Assembly (NCBI GenBank): GCA_038740345.1
Contig: JAVYMA010000002.1
Location: 34,314-98,313 of the forward strand
Source: Methanomassiliicoccales archaeon
Lineage (GTDB): Archaea; Thermoplasmatota; Thermoplasmata; Methanomassiliicoccales; UBA472
Direction: 5' to 3'
DNA length: 64,000 bases
Made by a program: the position numbers and the translations under genes. This document shows positions 9,780 through 17,726 of the stretch, piece by piece. Positions within the stretch are counted from its first letter, which is position 1, and each line of letters begins with the position of its first letter. Below the pieces are notes generated by a model, which was not told the DNA's origin, did not search any database, and saw only the letters and a program-made list of their open reading frames with translations.

Positions 9780-11365
9780 CCGAAAGGCGAATGATTGACA
9801 TCCTGAGCTCAATGCCTCCCGAGCTCTCTGAAGCGGTCATTTCCCGTAAGGTCAAAGGTAACGAGATTTGGATGGAGATTCCTTCTTCACTTCTTCCCCC
9901 GGTGGCATCGCACATTAAGAATCTCTGGGGGGCGCATTTAGTTACATTCCACGCTGTGGATAATCGCGCGTTGACTGGCGACTTCAAGCTCATCGTGTTG
10001 ATGGCGCTCAGCGGAGAAGACGACTTTGTCGTCTTACTTACCAGCGTGGATCCCGCTTTTCCCCAGTACCCTTCATTGACACCGCAGATACCATGTGCAG
10101 AGTGGTATGAGAGGGAGATAATGGACCTAATGGGCCTTAGGGCCAGTGGTCATCCAGAACTGAAACCGTTAGTGCTGTGGGACGATTGGCCTGAGGGCAT
10201 CTATCCATTGCGAAAAGATTTCGATCCTGCCCAAATAATCCCACAGGAGCCTCACGCCTACCCTTATCGTCGAGTGGAAGGGTCCGGCGTCTTTGAAATA
10301 CCCGTGGGCCCTGTTCACGCTGGGGTCATCGAACCGGGTCATTTCCGTTTCAGCGTCGCCGGCGAGCCGATACTGAATTTGGAGGTACGCTTGGGATACG
10401 TGCATAGAGGGGTAGAGAAACTTTCAGAGAGCACCCCTTATGCTAAGGGAGTCATGCTAGCGGAGAGGATATCTGGAGATAACGGTTTTGCCCATTCATT
10501 GGCTTATTGCCAAGCGGTAGAGTCGTTGGGGGGTGCACAGGTTCCCGAAAGAGCACTCTACCTACGAACGGCGTATGCCGAGCTGGAGCGCATTTACAAT
10601 CTCCTTGGGGATATAGGTGGGATCGCATTGGATGTGGCCTTTAATGTCGCGGCTCAACACGCTTACATTCTAAGGGAGAGGTGCATGGAGCTTAATGATT
10701 TCATAACCGGTAACCGTTTCTTGAGAGGGGTGAACCGTCTAGGGGGAGTTTGGATCGATATCCCCTCAGACAAGATTTCAAAGATCCTCGCACAGTTGGT
10801 GCGATTCAAGCTGGACATCAAGGAATTCTCATCTTTGATGTTGCGCTCGCAATCCGTACTGGATCGCTTGGAAACGACAGGAAGGATCCCTCTCGAGGTC
10901 GCCAAGGAATTAGAGTTGGTAGGGCCTGTAGCCAGGGCATCAGGGCTGGATAGGGATGTGCGGCGCGATCATCCATACGCAGCGTACCGGCATCTCAGCT
11001 TCCGTGTGCCTCTACGCCGCGAAGGTGACGTGAACGCCCGTCTTTGTGTGAAGCTAGAGGAGCTTCAAGAGAGCATTAGCTTGGTGGAGCAGGCTCTGGG
11101 CTCTTTACCTAGCGGAGAAATTACTTGCTCTTCCTTCGAGGTACCAGAAGGGCGCACGGCCATGAGCTTGGTGGAATCGCCGAGGGGTGAATTGGTGCAT
11201 TGGCTGATATCAGGAAAAGGAGGCAGGCCCTTCCGACATAAGGTGAGAGATGCCTCCTTCCACAATTGGAGAGCGATAGAAGTAGCAGTCCAAGGTGAGA
11301 TAGTTCCAGACTTCCCTTTGATCAACAAATCCCTGAACCTTTCCTATGCTGGTAACGATCTGTGA
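9776..11365 (+). CDS. HyfG/HycE-like fused NuoC-NuoD 'large subunit' lacking all four [NiFe] cysteine ligands
   Basis: 529-aa ORF. It has hydrogenase-type motifs PVGPVHAGVIEPGHFRF and GYVHRGVEKL. The N-terminal ligand motif reads ERISGDNGFAHS (Ser codon 10472-10474, Asn codon 10481-10483) instead of RxCGxCxxxH. The C-terminus reads SLNLSYAGNDL-stop (Ser 11342-11344, Gly 11351-11353) instead of DPCxxC, with no C-terminal extension. Confidence 0.85.
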   Translation: MTERRMIDILSSMPPELSEAVISRKVKGNEIWMEIPSSLLPPVASHIKNLWGAHLVTFHAVDNRALTGDFKLIVLMALSGEDDFVVLLTSVDPAFPQYPSLTPQIPCAEWYEREIMDLMGLRASGHPELKPLVLWDDWPEGIYPLRKDFDPAQIIPQEPHAYPYRRVEGSGVFEIPVGPVHAGVIEPGHFRFSVAGEPILNLEVRLGYVHRGVEKLSESTPYAKGVMLAERISGDNGFAHSLAYCQAVESLGGAQVPERALYLRTAYAELERIYNLLGDIGGIALDVAFNVAAQHAYILRERCMELNDFITGNRFLRGVNRLGGVWIDIPSDKISKILAQLVRFKLDIKEFSSLMLRSQSVLDRLETTGRIPLEVAKELELVGPVARASGLDRDVRRDHPYAAYRHLSFRVPLRREGDVNARLCVKLEELQESISLVEQALGSLPSGEITCSSFEVPEGRTAMSLVESPRGELVHWLISGKGGRPFRHKVRDASFHNWRAIEVAVQGEIVPDFPLINKSLNLSYAGNDL

Positions 11366-11374
11366 GGTGATGGT

Positions 11375-12160
11375 TTGCTAGATATAATTAGGAAAGGGGT
11401 GCTGCGCAAAGGTATAGTGACATCTGATTACCCTCAGGAAGGCACCCCGCGGTATGCAGCTCGTCTAGGTTTTCCAAAACTGAGGACAGACCTATGCAAA
11501 GCTCATCATGTTTGTTTTCGTTCTTGTCCCACAAATGCTATCCAGGAGAGAGAAGGCGAGATAAAGGTGGATCTCGGGCTCTGTATTTTTTGTGCCCAAT
11601 GTGCCCGTTCCTGTCCAGAGGGGGCCTGGACAATGAGTCCGGAAATCGAATTGGCAAAACGATCCAGGTCTGATTTGTTATCTTCCTCTTCTATTGAAAA
11701 TAAGAGTATCCAGGAGTTGGGTAAGAGCCTTGATGCCATGATTGGGAAGGTATTTGGCCGCTCTTTGGCGATTCGTGAGGTGGATACAGGATCCTGCAAC
11801 GCTTGTGAGGTAGAGGTCAACGCCTTGTCCAACGCCGTGCATGATATAGAGCGCTTCGGCATGCACATCGTAGCCAGTCCCAGGCATGCTGACCTCCTTC
11901 TAGTCACTGGTCCAGTTACCCGCAACATGGAGAGAGCCTTAATGCAGACTTACAAAGCCACTCCGGAGCCTAAGCTGGTTGTGGCTGTGGGGGCTTGCGC
12001 CTGCTCTGGAGGCATCTTCAGAGAGAGCTACGCCGTTAGAGGAGGGGTGGATCGGATGCTCCCTGTGGATGTTTACATTCCAGGTTGCCCTCCTAGACCA
12101 GAGGCGATGATATACGGCCTGATGCTAGCTGTGGGCAAATTGAATGATAAGAGTCGCTAA
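11375..12160 (+). CDS. fusion of a HyfH-like ferredoxin domain with a HyfI/HycG/NuoB-like small subunit
   Basis: 261-aa ORF. The N-terminal part has one degenerate Cys motif (CKAHHVCFRSCP) and one canonical motif (CIFCAQCARSCP). The C-terminal part has NuoB-type ligands GSCNACEVE, GACACSGG and GCPPRPE. TTG start, 4-5 nt after GAGGTGA. Confidence 0.8.
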   Translation: MLDIIRKGVLRKGIVTSDYPQEGTPRYAARLGFPKLRTDLCKAHHVCFRSCPTNAIQEREGEIKVDLGLCIFCAQCARSCPEGAWTMSPEIELAKRSRSDLLSSSSIENKSIQELGKSLDAMIGKVFGRSLAIREVDTGSCNACEVEVNALSNAVHDIERFGMHIVASPRHADLLLVTGPVTRNMERALMQTYKATPEPKLVVAVGACACSGGIFRESYAVRGGVDRMLPVDVYIPGCPPRPEAMIYGLMLAVGKLNDKSR

Positions 12161-12161
12161 T

Positions 12162-12719
12162 TCATCTGCCCCAGTCAAACTCCCTAACTTTTTCTATCCT
12201 GGAACTATCTTGCGAGATTCTCAATACTCCTATTGATATCACTCGTGCCACCATGGGTAGCTCTAAATTCTCCGAAGCAATTTGCACAGCTCTGCCTAAA
12301 CGCTCTCGTGCCACACCATCCACAATGGTTACATGTGGCGTCCAGCAATCAGGTGAGTAGCGGCGCTCAGCGGACATTTGCTGACGGTCCGCTCGATCAT
12401 AGAGGTCTTCGTGGTCCTTGAGAAGTGCAGAAGTGGGAGCGGGAGCTAGGAATATCTCTCTCAAGTCCAGAAAGACGCCCAAAGATTCCATTCTGAGTCC
12501 GAGGGGGGCCCTTTCATAGGCATAGCGGCGCAACAGGTCTAACAAGAGGGGTTCGTCCTCCACTCCCCCTAGCTTAATAAGCGTCAAGTGAGGACGCCAT
12601 CTTTGTGACTCAGGTAGAACAGCAGACAAACCCTCTTGCACCATTTTTTCTTGTAAATGGCACAGCCTTGTCTCGCTCTTCTCATCCAGATAAAGGACGA
12701 TGGCGTAGCGCATGATCAC
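12162..12719 (-). CDS. 2H phosphoesterase superfamily protein (LigT / 2'-5' RNA ligase-like)
   Basis: 185-aa ORF with the two HxT/Sx motifs of the 2H fold (RPHLTLIKLG and TPHVTIVDG). Convergent with the Ehr operon, 1-nt gap. Confidence 0.7.
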   Translation of the reverse strand: MIMRYAIVLYLDEKSETRLCHLQEKMVQEGLSAVLPESQRWRPHLTLIKLGGVEDEPLLLDLLRRYAYERAPLGLRMESLGVFLDLREIFLAPAPTSALLKDHEDLYDRADRQQMSAERRYSPDCWTPHVTIVDGVARERLGRAVQIASENLELPMVARVISIGVLRISQDSSRIEKVREFDWGR

Positions 12720-12726
12720 CCTGGGC

Positions 12727-13122
12727 TTATTTCACGACGATTACCGTGCACTTCGAGTTGCGCACGATATATTCGGACACGGAACCGATGAGAACTCTAT
12801 CGATAGCAGTTTTTCCTGACGTGCCAACAATTATAGCCTCTGCCTTTACTCGTTCAGCAGCCTCAAGTATGGCTTCGTAGGGGTTCCCTGCTTCCAACAT
12901 GGTAGTCACAGAAACACCTTCCTTAGCTGCTCTACTCTTGAGCTCTTCCAATAGACTCATACCGTGCTTTATGAGCCGCTCTTTGTCATCCTCAGCCCTT
13001 GGGCTTACAACATGGACTATGAATAGGTTCGCCTTCCTTAGGGAGGCGTAATCCAAGGCATAACGCACAGCCTTTTCAGAATGTGGCTTTCCATCGGTCG
13101 CCAGCAATATATTCATCTGCAC
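12727..13122 (-). CDS. universal stress protein (UspA family)
   Basis: 131-aa ORF. ILLATDG..., VHVV... and the C-terminal IIVGTSGKTAIDRVLIGSVSEYIVRNSKCTVIVV are typical of the Usp ATP-binding fold. Confidence 0.8.
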   Translation of the reverse strand: MQMNILLATDGKPHSEKAVRYALDYASLRKANLFIVHVVSPRAEDDKERLIKHGMSLLEELKSRAAKEGVSVTTMLEAGNPYEAILEAAERVKAEAIIVGTSGKTAIDRVLIGSVSEYIVRNSKCTVIVVK

Positions 13123-13179
13123 CCCTCCTGCTGGGGGAGATTGATCTCATGCTCATTAAGGTTGTCGAAAAGCCGTCAA

Positions 13180-13767
13180 TCAAAGCAGGGTTATCCATCC
13201 ATCTTGGCAGATCAAAGGGATTTTTAGTTTTAACTCAAGCGAAGACCCGGAGGACAACATGAAATACAGAAACACTTCTTCGTAGGAGGTCAAGGCGAGG
13301 TGTTTATCTTCATTTGTAATCGTGATTTTTATAATATCCAATGGCCCAAGCACATGGCGCTCGTTCCATAGGGTGCTAACGTTAGACCTGCTCATGACCA
13401 TTTCACACATGTATGTGTTTTTTGATGTGTAACTTGGGCTGAAGAGCAATTCGAAACGTCCGTCATCGTTAAGAAATAAGATAACTACCTCCTCCATAGC
13501 TATTTCAGGGCTACCAGGCTGTAATTTCATATAGAGTTCTATTCGATCTACGAGCCCGTCCTGTACATGTCCCAGAGCCTGGATGGGCCAAAGCCCCGTG
13601 GAAATCTCCATGAGGGCATCAAGCGCTGCAGCGTTGGCCTGGACCTGAGCTTCGTTAGTTTGGTCGATCACCAAGCTGGCGGCGCCAGTGGCGGTGAGCA
13701 TTATGGTGATAAAAAGCACTGTTGTGCCTGCACCCACCTCCCCTTTTTGGTCCCTCCAAAGTTTCAT
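13180..13767 (-). CDS. archaellin/type IV pilin-like protein with class III signal peptide
   Basis: 195-aa ORF. The N-terminus KGEVGAGTTVLFITIMLTATGAASLVI resembles the archaellin consensus (K/R)G(Q/E)VGIGTLIVFIAMVLVAA. No other arl/fla genes are nearby. Confidence 0.55.
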   Translation of the reverse strand: MKLWRDQKGEVGAGTTVLFITIMLTATGAASLVIDQTNEAQVQANAAALDALMEISTGLWPIQALGHVQDGLVDRIELYMKLQPGSPEIAMEEVVILFLNDDGRFELLFSPSYTSKNTYMCEMVMSRSNVSTLWNERHVLGPLDIIKITITNEDKHLALTSYEEVFLYFMLSSGSSLELKLKIPLICQDGWITLL

Positions 13768-14362
13768 CCACTTAATACCCCTTGATGTTCAATCAGCATC
13801 GAAAACGGTTTGAATGAGTATTATCTAAAGATATTATCAAATTATGCATTCACCTTTCTTTTTAATATCTTCACATTATCTAAAATGATAATACTTAATG
13901 AAAGAGCTGTGCAATAAATCCAGGAAATTAATTCTCGAATTAGATTTGAGTGCACGAATTATCATCGTGAAAAACCGAAAATGATTATCATTTCAGATTT
14001 TGGCTGTTGATAATAATTTTAAGAAAGAATCACCCGCTCATTAAAAGATAAAATCAAAGACCTCAGCATGGGGCTCCAAGCCCTCATACAACTTACCCTG
14101 GTGCTGAATAATTAGTTCTCAAGCCTATCTGGATCATGGTGCAACATCTCTAAGGTTTGTCACCTGTCTATTTTCGTCTAGAACATTTTTAAAGAAATGC
14201 AGTCAGCATTCAATGTTTTACTTATCATCATCGTGCCTGCCTGTCATCAAGAATTACATAGCACCCTACCAACATGAAAATAACATTAGATGAAATGTTG
14301 ATAGTGTCGAGGGCAGAAGGTATTATGTTCTCGTCGAGTACTAAAATATAACGTGATGCAAA

Positions 14363-14701
14363 ATGGGCATGGAGTTGTCGCTGGAGAGAAAGAAGCAGTT
14401 GGAGGAGATCGTGGATAAAATGAATACAGAGGCAGAGATGGCTTTATTCTATCCAGAAGGAACTCCTGAGCACGATAGGCATCTACGGACGCTTTTAGCT
14501 TACAAAGAGAAAATCCAGAAAATGGAAGAACATGAGCGCACTTTCGTCGAGAGCGGCCTGATTGATCGCAGAGATATCCACGATTTTTATTGGCCCGAAT
14601 TGGAAGCTCAAAGCCCAGATGTGAAAGGGAAGAGAGCGCGATTATACTCTGAGGGCAAGATAGATTCTGACGAGCATTATAGGATAGATGGGGTAAGATG
14701 A
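14363..14701 (+). CDS. hypothetical charged/helical protein
   Basis: 112-aa ORF with protein-like composition. The overlapping 193-aa minus-strand ORF looks random. No family recognised. Confidence 0.4.
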   Translation: MGMELSLERKKQLEEIVDKMNTEAEMALFYPEGTPEHDRHLRTLLAYKEKIQKMEEHERTFVESGLIDRRDIHDFYWPELEAQSPDVKGKRARLYSEGKIDSDEHYRIDGVR

Positions 14702-14769
14702 AAGAATTGCCTATATTGACCAATGGCCGATAGCCGGTCTTAATTCGATATTCTTGGCCTAAAACGTGC

Positions 14770-15300
14770 TCAGGCATCCTTTCCCAATCTTTTTGAATAA
14801 TATATGACGTGCATATCAGCCACATACCCCGCTCTTTCGAGCAGTTTTCGAGACCTCTCGTTATCACAGTTCACCAGGGCAGAAAAAATCCGTAAACCCT
14901 TCCTTTCGAGCCTGCATTCAAACTCTCGCAAAAGGGCCAGTGCAACTCCCTTACCTTGCCATTCTGGATGAATAGCAAGACGATTGATCCAACCCTTGCG
15001 GCCATCCGTTGTTCCGAGCAAGGAGTCGATTATTCTCCCTTTTGATTCAGCCACGAGGAATGATGCCATGGGAGTGCGCAGCTCTTCTTCGATATGCCTC
15101 CTGCTATCTCTTCCATCGGCATTAAAAGGAAATCCCGCCAATCGCCAAAGATGAACCAGCGCATCATAATCCTCAGCTTTCATATCCCTAATTATCAATG
15201 TCTCTTCAGGTCCCATATCATCTATTATTGTCATTACATGTATGACAAATATATCGGTAGCGCTAGGTTTAGAGGAGGATATCCTTAGGAAATGAGACAC
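14770..15300 (-). CDS. GNAT family N-acetyltransferase
   Basis: 176-aa ORF. WINRLAIHPEWQGKGVALALLREFE matches the acetyl-CoA-binding motif A (Q/RxxGxG/A). The start may be the internal ATG at 15234 (MTIIDD...). Confidence 0.75.
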   Translation of the reverse strand: MSHFLRISSSKPSATDIFVIHVMTIIDDMGPEETLIIRDMKAEDYDALVHLWRLAGFPFNADGRDSRRHIEEELRTPMASFLVAESKGRIIDSLLGTTDGRKGWINRLAIHPEWQGKGVALALLREFECRLERKGLRIFSALVNCDNERSRKLLERAGYVADMHVIYYSKRLGKDA

Positions 15301-15473
15301 TAAGAAAGATACTTTTGAGTCCTATGTGTAATAAAGCCTCATTAAAGTAATCGCGTTTCATTTGCGTGTTGAGAGAATATCCCTTCGCGCAATAGTCAGA
15401 GAGAGAAATAGGAGCGAGCCCAGCCAAGCAGGTGGGCAAAGGAGGAACTAGGAGGGGGGTTGGGGATTCTAAG

Positions 15474-16268
15474 CTAGGGGTTCCACCTGTCATGCTTGGA
15501 CCCGCTCTGGATTCGGAATATCTCTTCGTCACCGCGTAGGCTAGCATCCTCTCTCAACAGTTTCAATCCGCCGCCGCGTCGGGCAACCATCTTTTTTTGG
15601 CTCCATCGTCTCTTCCAATCGTAGGTGCAAGCCTTATTCTCATCATCCCTCAGCTCGCTCATTTCGCCATGAATCGATGGATAATCAGGCGCCTTTATGT
15701 CTGTGAATGTTTGCTCAGGATAATCATAGATGTCCCCAGCATCGTCACACTCATTATGCGAGATACCTCTCATCCAATCAGGGATGAGGTCTTCATGACA
15801 TAATCTATCTAATTCATCATCATGAGCATAGGTATCAATCACCGAGGTCATAGTTTCACAGAAAGCATCGTTTCTTAGGCTCGCTCCAGGCTTCATCAAC
15901 GCGCGAACAGTTCTCTTCAGCTCGAACAGCCGAGCCTTAAAATTACCATTTCTAGGAATTAGGATGCAGCCGTGGTGGGCCTCGATCTCAAATTGCAATG
16001 CTTCTAAATCGTCATGAGCGAAGAAGATGAAAGGTATTTGATTGCCCTGGCGCCTTAGTGACCTTAGCAGCTCCACTCCATTTCCACTTGAAAAAATCAT
16101 ACCTGATATGATGACATCGTAATCCCAATATCTCACAGCTTTTAGGGCCGCCAAAGCAGAATTGACTGACGTGGCGTATATATCCCCATCGCTTTGCAGA
16201 TGGCTTTGAACAAGTTCCACAACCTTCTCATCACCATCCACGATAAGGACCTCGATCATCATCTTCAC
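15474..16268 (-). CDS. response-regulator receiver-like protein (probable pseudo-receiver) with an acidic C-terminal region of unknown function
   Basis: 264-aa ORF. The CheY-like N-terminus (VLIVDGDE...YDVIISGMIFSSGNGVELL...IPFIFFAHDD) has Gly at the position aligned with the phospho-acceptor Asp, and IP instead of KP. Confidence 0.7.
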   Translation of the reverse strand: MKMMIEVLIVDGDEKVVELVQSHLQSDGDIYATSVNSALAALKAVRYWDYDVIISGMIFSSGNGVELLRSLRRQGNQIPFIFFAHDDLEALQFEIEAHHGCILIPRNGNFKARLFELKRTVRALMKPGASLRNDAFCETMTSVIDTYAHDDELDRLCHEDLIPDWMRGISHNECDDAGDIYDYPEQTFTDIKAPDYPSIHGEMSELRDDENKACTYDWKRRWSQKKMVARRGGGLKLLREDASLRGDEEIFRIQSGSKHDRWNP

Positions 16269-16344
16269 CGTTTTTCCGGCTTCTAGGTTAAATTTGTATT
16301 CAAACGTCTAGTATATATTATGCTGATGGCCAGGTATGATTGCT

Positions 16345-16363
16345 GATAATGATAATTGATAAT
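16345..16363. promoter_or_regulatory. three consecutive GATAAT hexamers (Fur-box-like array)
   Basis: GATAATGATAATTGATAAT read directly from the sequence. Its first 12 nt are identical to the first 12 nt of the classical Fur-box consensus GATAATGATAATCATTATC. Confidence 0.3.
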
Positions 16364-16853
16364 ACGAGCAATCCTTAGGAGAAATCTCCACAAGGATTTT
16401 TACAGAGGATACTGAGGGGCGAATCTAAAATTTTCCCTTTAGAGATTCATTTTCTGATTTTTTCTTCAAATTTTTCATTTCTGGATCGTATGCCCGAGGC
16501 GATTTCAAAGCAGAAGAGAGAGCTCAAGAGACCTTTAATCATTTACTCCCTACCTGTTCTCACGTAAAGGCCGTGAGCATATGGCAGATGAGGCTCAAAC
16601 AACGAAGTTCGACGAGTTTTTCTGATCATGAACGACCTCTAATTTTAGGTCTCATTTCGATGTTCTAAGAGAGGTTGAATGAAAGGGCGTATAGGTCTTC
16701 TCATCGCCGTGAAGGAAGTTTCCTTTAGCAGATGCTATGGCGAATAACCTCTCATCTCGAGAATGACTTTTTCCTCAATCGTGATTTGGATAGCCTGCAA
16801 GACTTGCGATTTTTTCACTTCTGAAATTTTGAGCCATTATGATTTGGGTCATC

Positions 16854-17636
16854 TCATTGTAGAACTATCCCCACTGGGCAGTGATCTGAACCCTGCACTT
16901 GGGCCAGGATAAAAGCATCCTTGAGGCGAGGGCGCAGCCCTGCACTGATTAAGAAATAATCGATTCGCCAACCTATGTTCCGCTCTCGAGCACGAGTCTT
17001 CATGTCCCACCAGCTGTATTTACCTGGGGATTTATCGAACTCACGAAAAGTATCAATCAGCCCAGCTTCCATGAATCTATCTAACCACTCTCTTTCCTGC
17101 GGCAGAAAACCCGAAACCTTTGAGTTCTCTTTTGGCCTGGCTAGGTCTATTTCCTTGTGAGCGGTGTTGAGGTCTCCACAAACCACCAGTTCTCTTCCCT
17201 CTTGCATGAGATATCTCACCTTATCTAAGAAAGCGGAGTAGAACTCTAACTTGAAGGCCAGCCTCTCCTCTGATGCCTTCCCATTGGGGAAATAGATGTT
17301 CATAAGAATGAAATCGGGGTAGTACGCAATTAAGGTCCGTCCCTCCCTATCGAATCTTTCCCATCCCAATCCCTGCTCGACTTTCTGCGGTCTCTCCTGG
17401 GTGTAAAGCGCTACTCCACTTCGCCCCTTTTCCTCCTTAGCTTTTGGCGCCACAAGGTAGAAAAGATAATCATCCAGGTTAGTGAGCTCCTTGGGAAGAT
17501 CTTCTGCCCTTGCTTTGACTTCCTGCACGCACAGAACATCTGGCCTATCCTTCCTAACAAAATCTATGAAACCCTTGCGGTGAACAGCGCGCAGACCATT
17601 CACATTCCAACTTATCAGACGCATGCAATCTGACAT
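16854..17636 (-). CDS. xth: exodeoxyribonuclease III (Xth/APE1 family AP endonuclease)
   Basis: 260-aa ORF. MRLISWNVNGLRA, CVQEVK, VVCGDLNTAH and SDHCPV are hallmark EEP-fold ExoIII motifs. An alternative ATG lies at 17624. Confidence 0.85.
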   Translation of the reverse strand: MSDCMRLISWNVNGLRAVHRKGFIDFVRKDRPDVLCVQEVKARAEDLPKELTNLDDYLFYLVAPKAKEEKGRSGVALYTQERPQKVEQGLGWERFDREGRTLIAYYPDFILMNIYFPNGKASEERLAFKLEFYSAFLDKVRYLMQEGRELVVCGDLNTAHKEIDLARPKENSKVSGFLPQEREWLDRFMEAGLIDTFREFDKSPGKYSWWDMKTRARERNIGWRIDYFLISAGLRPRLKDAFILAQVQGSDHCPVGIVLQ

Positions 17637-17726
17637 CTATCTCCATGGAAGGTCATGATATTTTTTTATCATTATGCCTTCTTGATAACCCTGAAATAGA
17701 GCCAGAGATAATAACCATATGGTACC

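Noticed and set aside
14286-14867. 193-aa minus-strand ORF
   Set aside because: It overlaps both the 14363-14701 plus-strand ORF and the 3' end of the GNAT gene. The sequence looks random (Cys/Ser/Pro-rich, no motifs).
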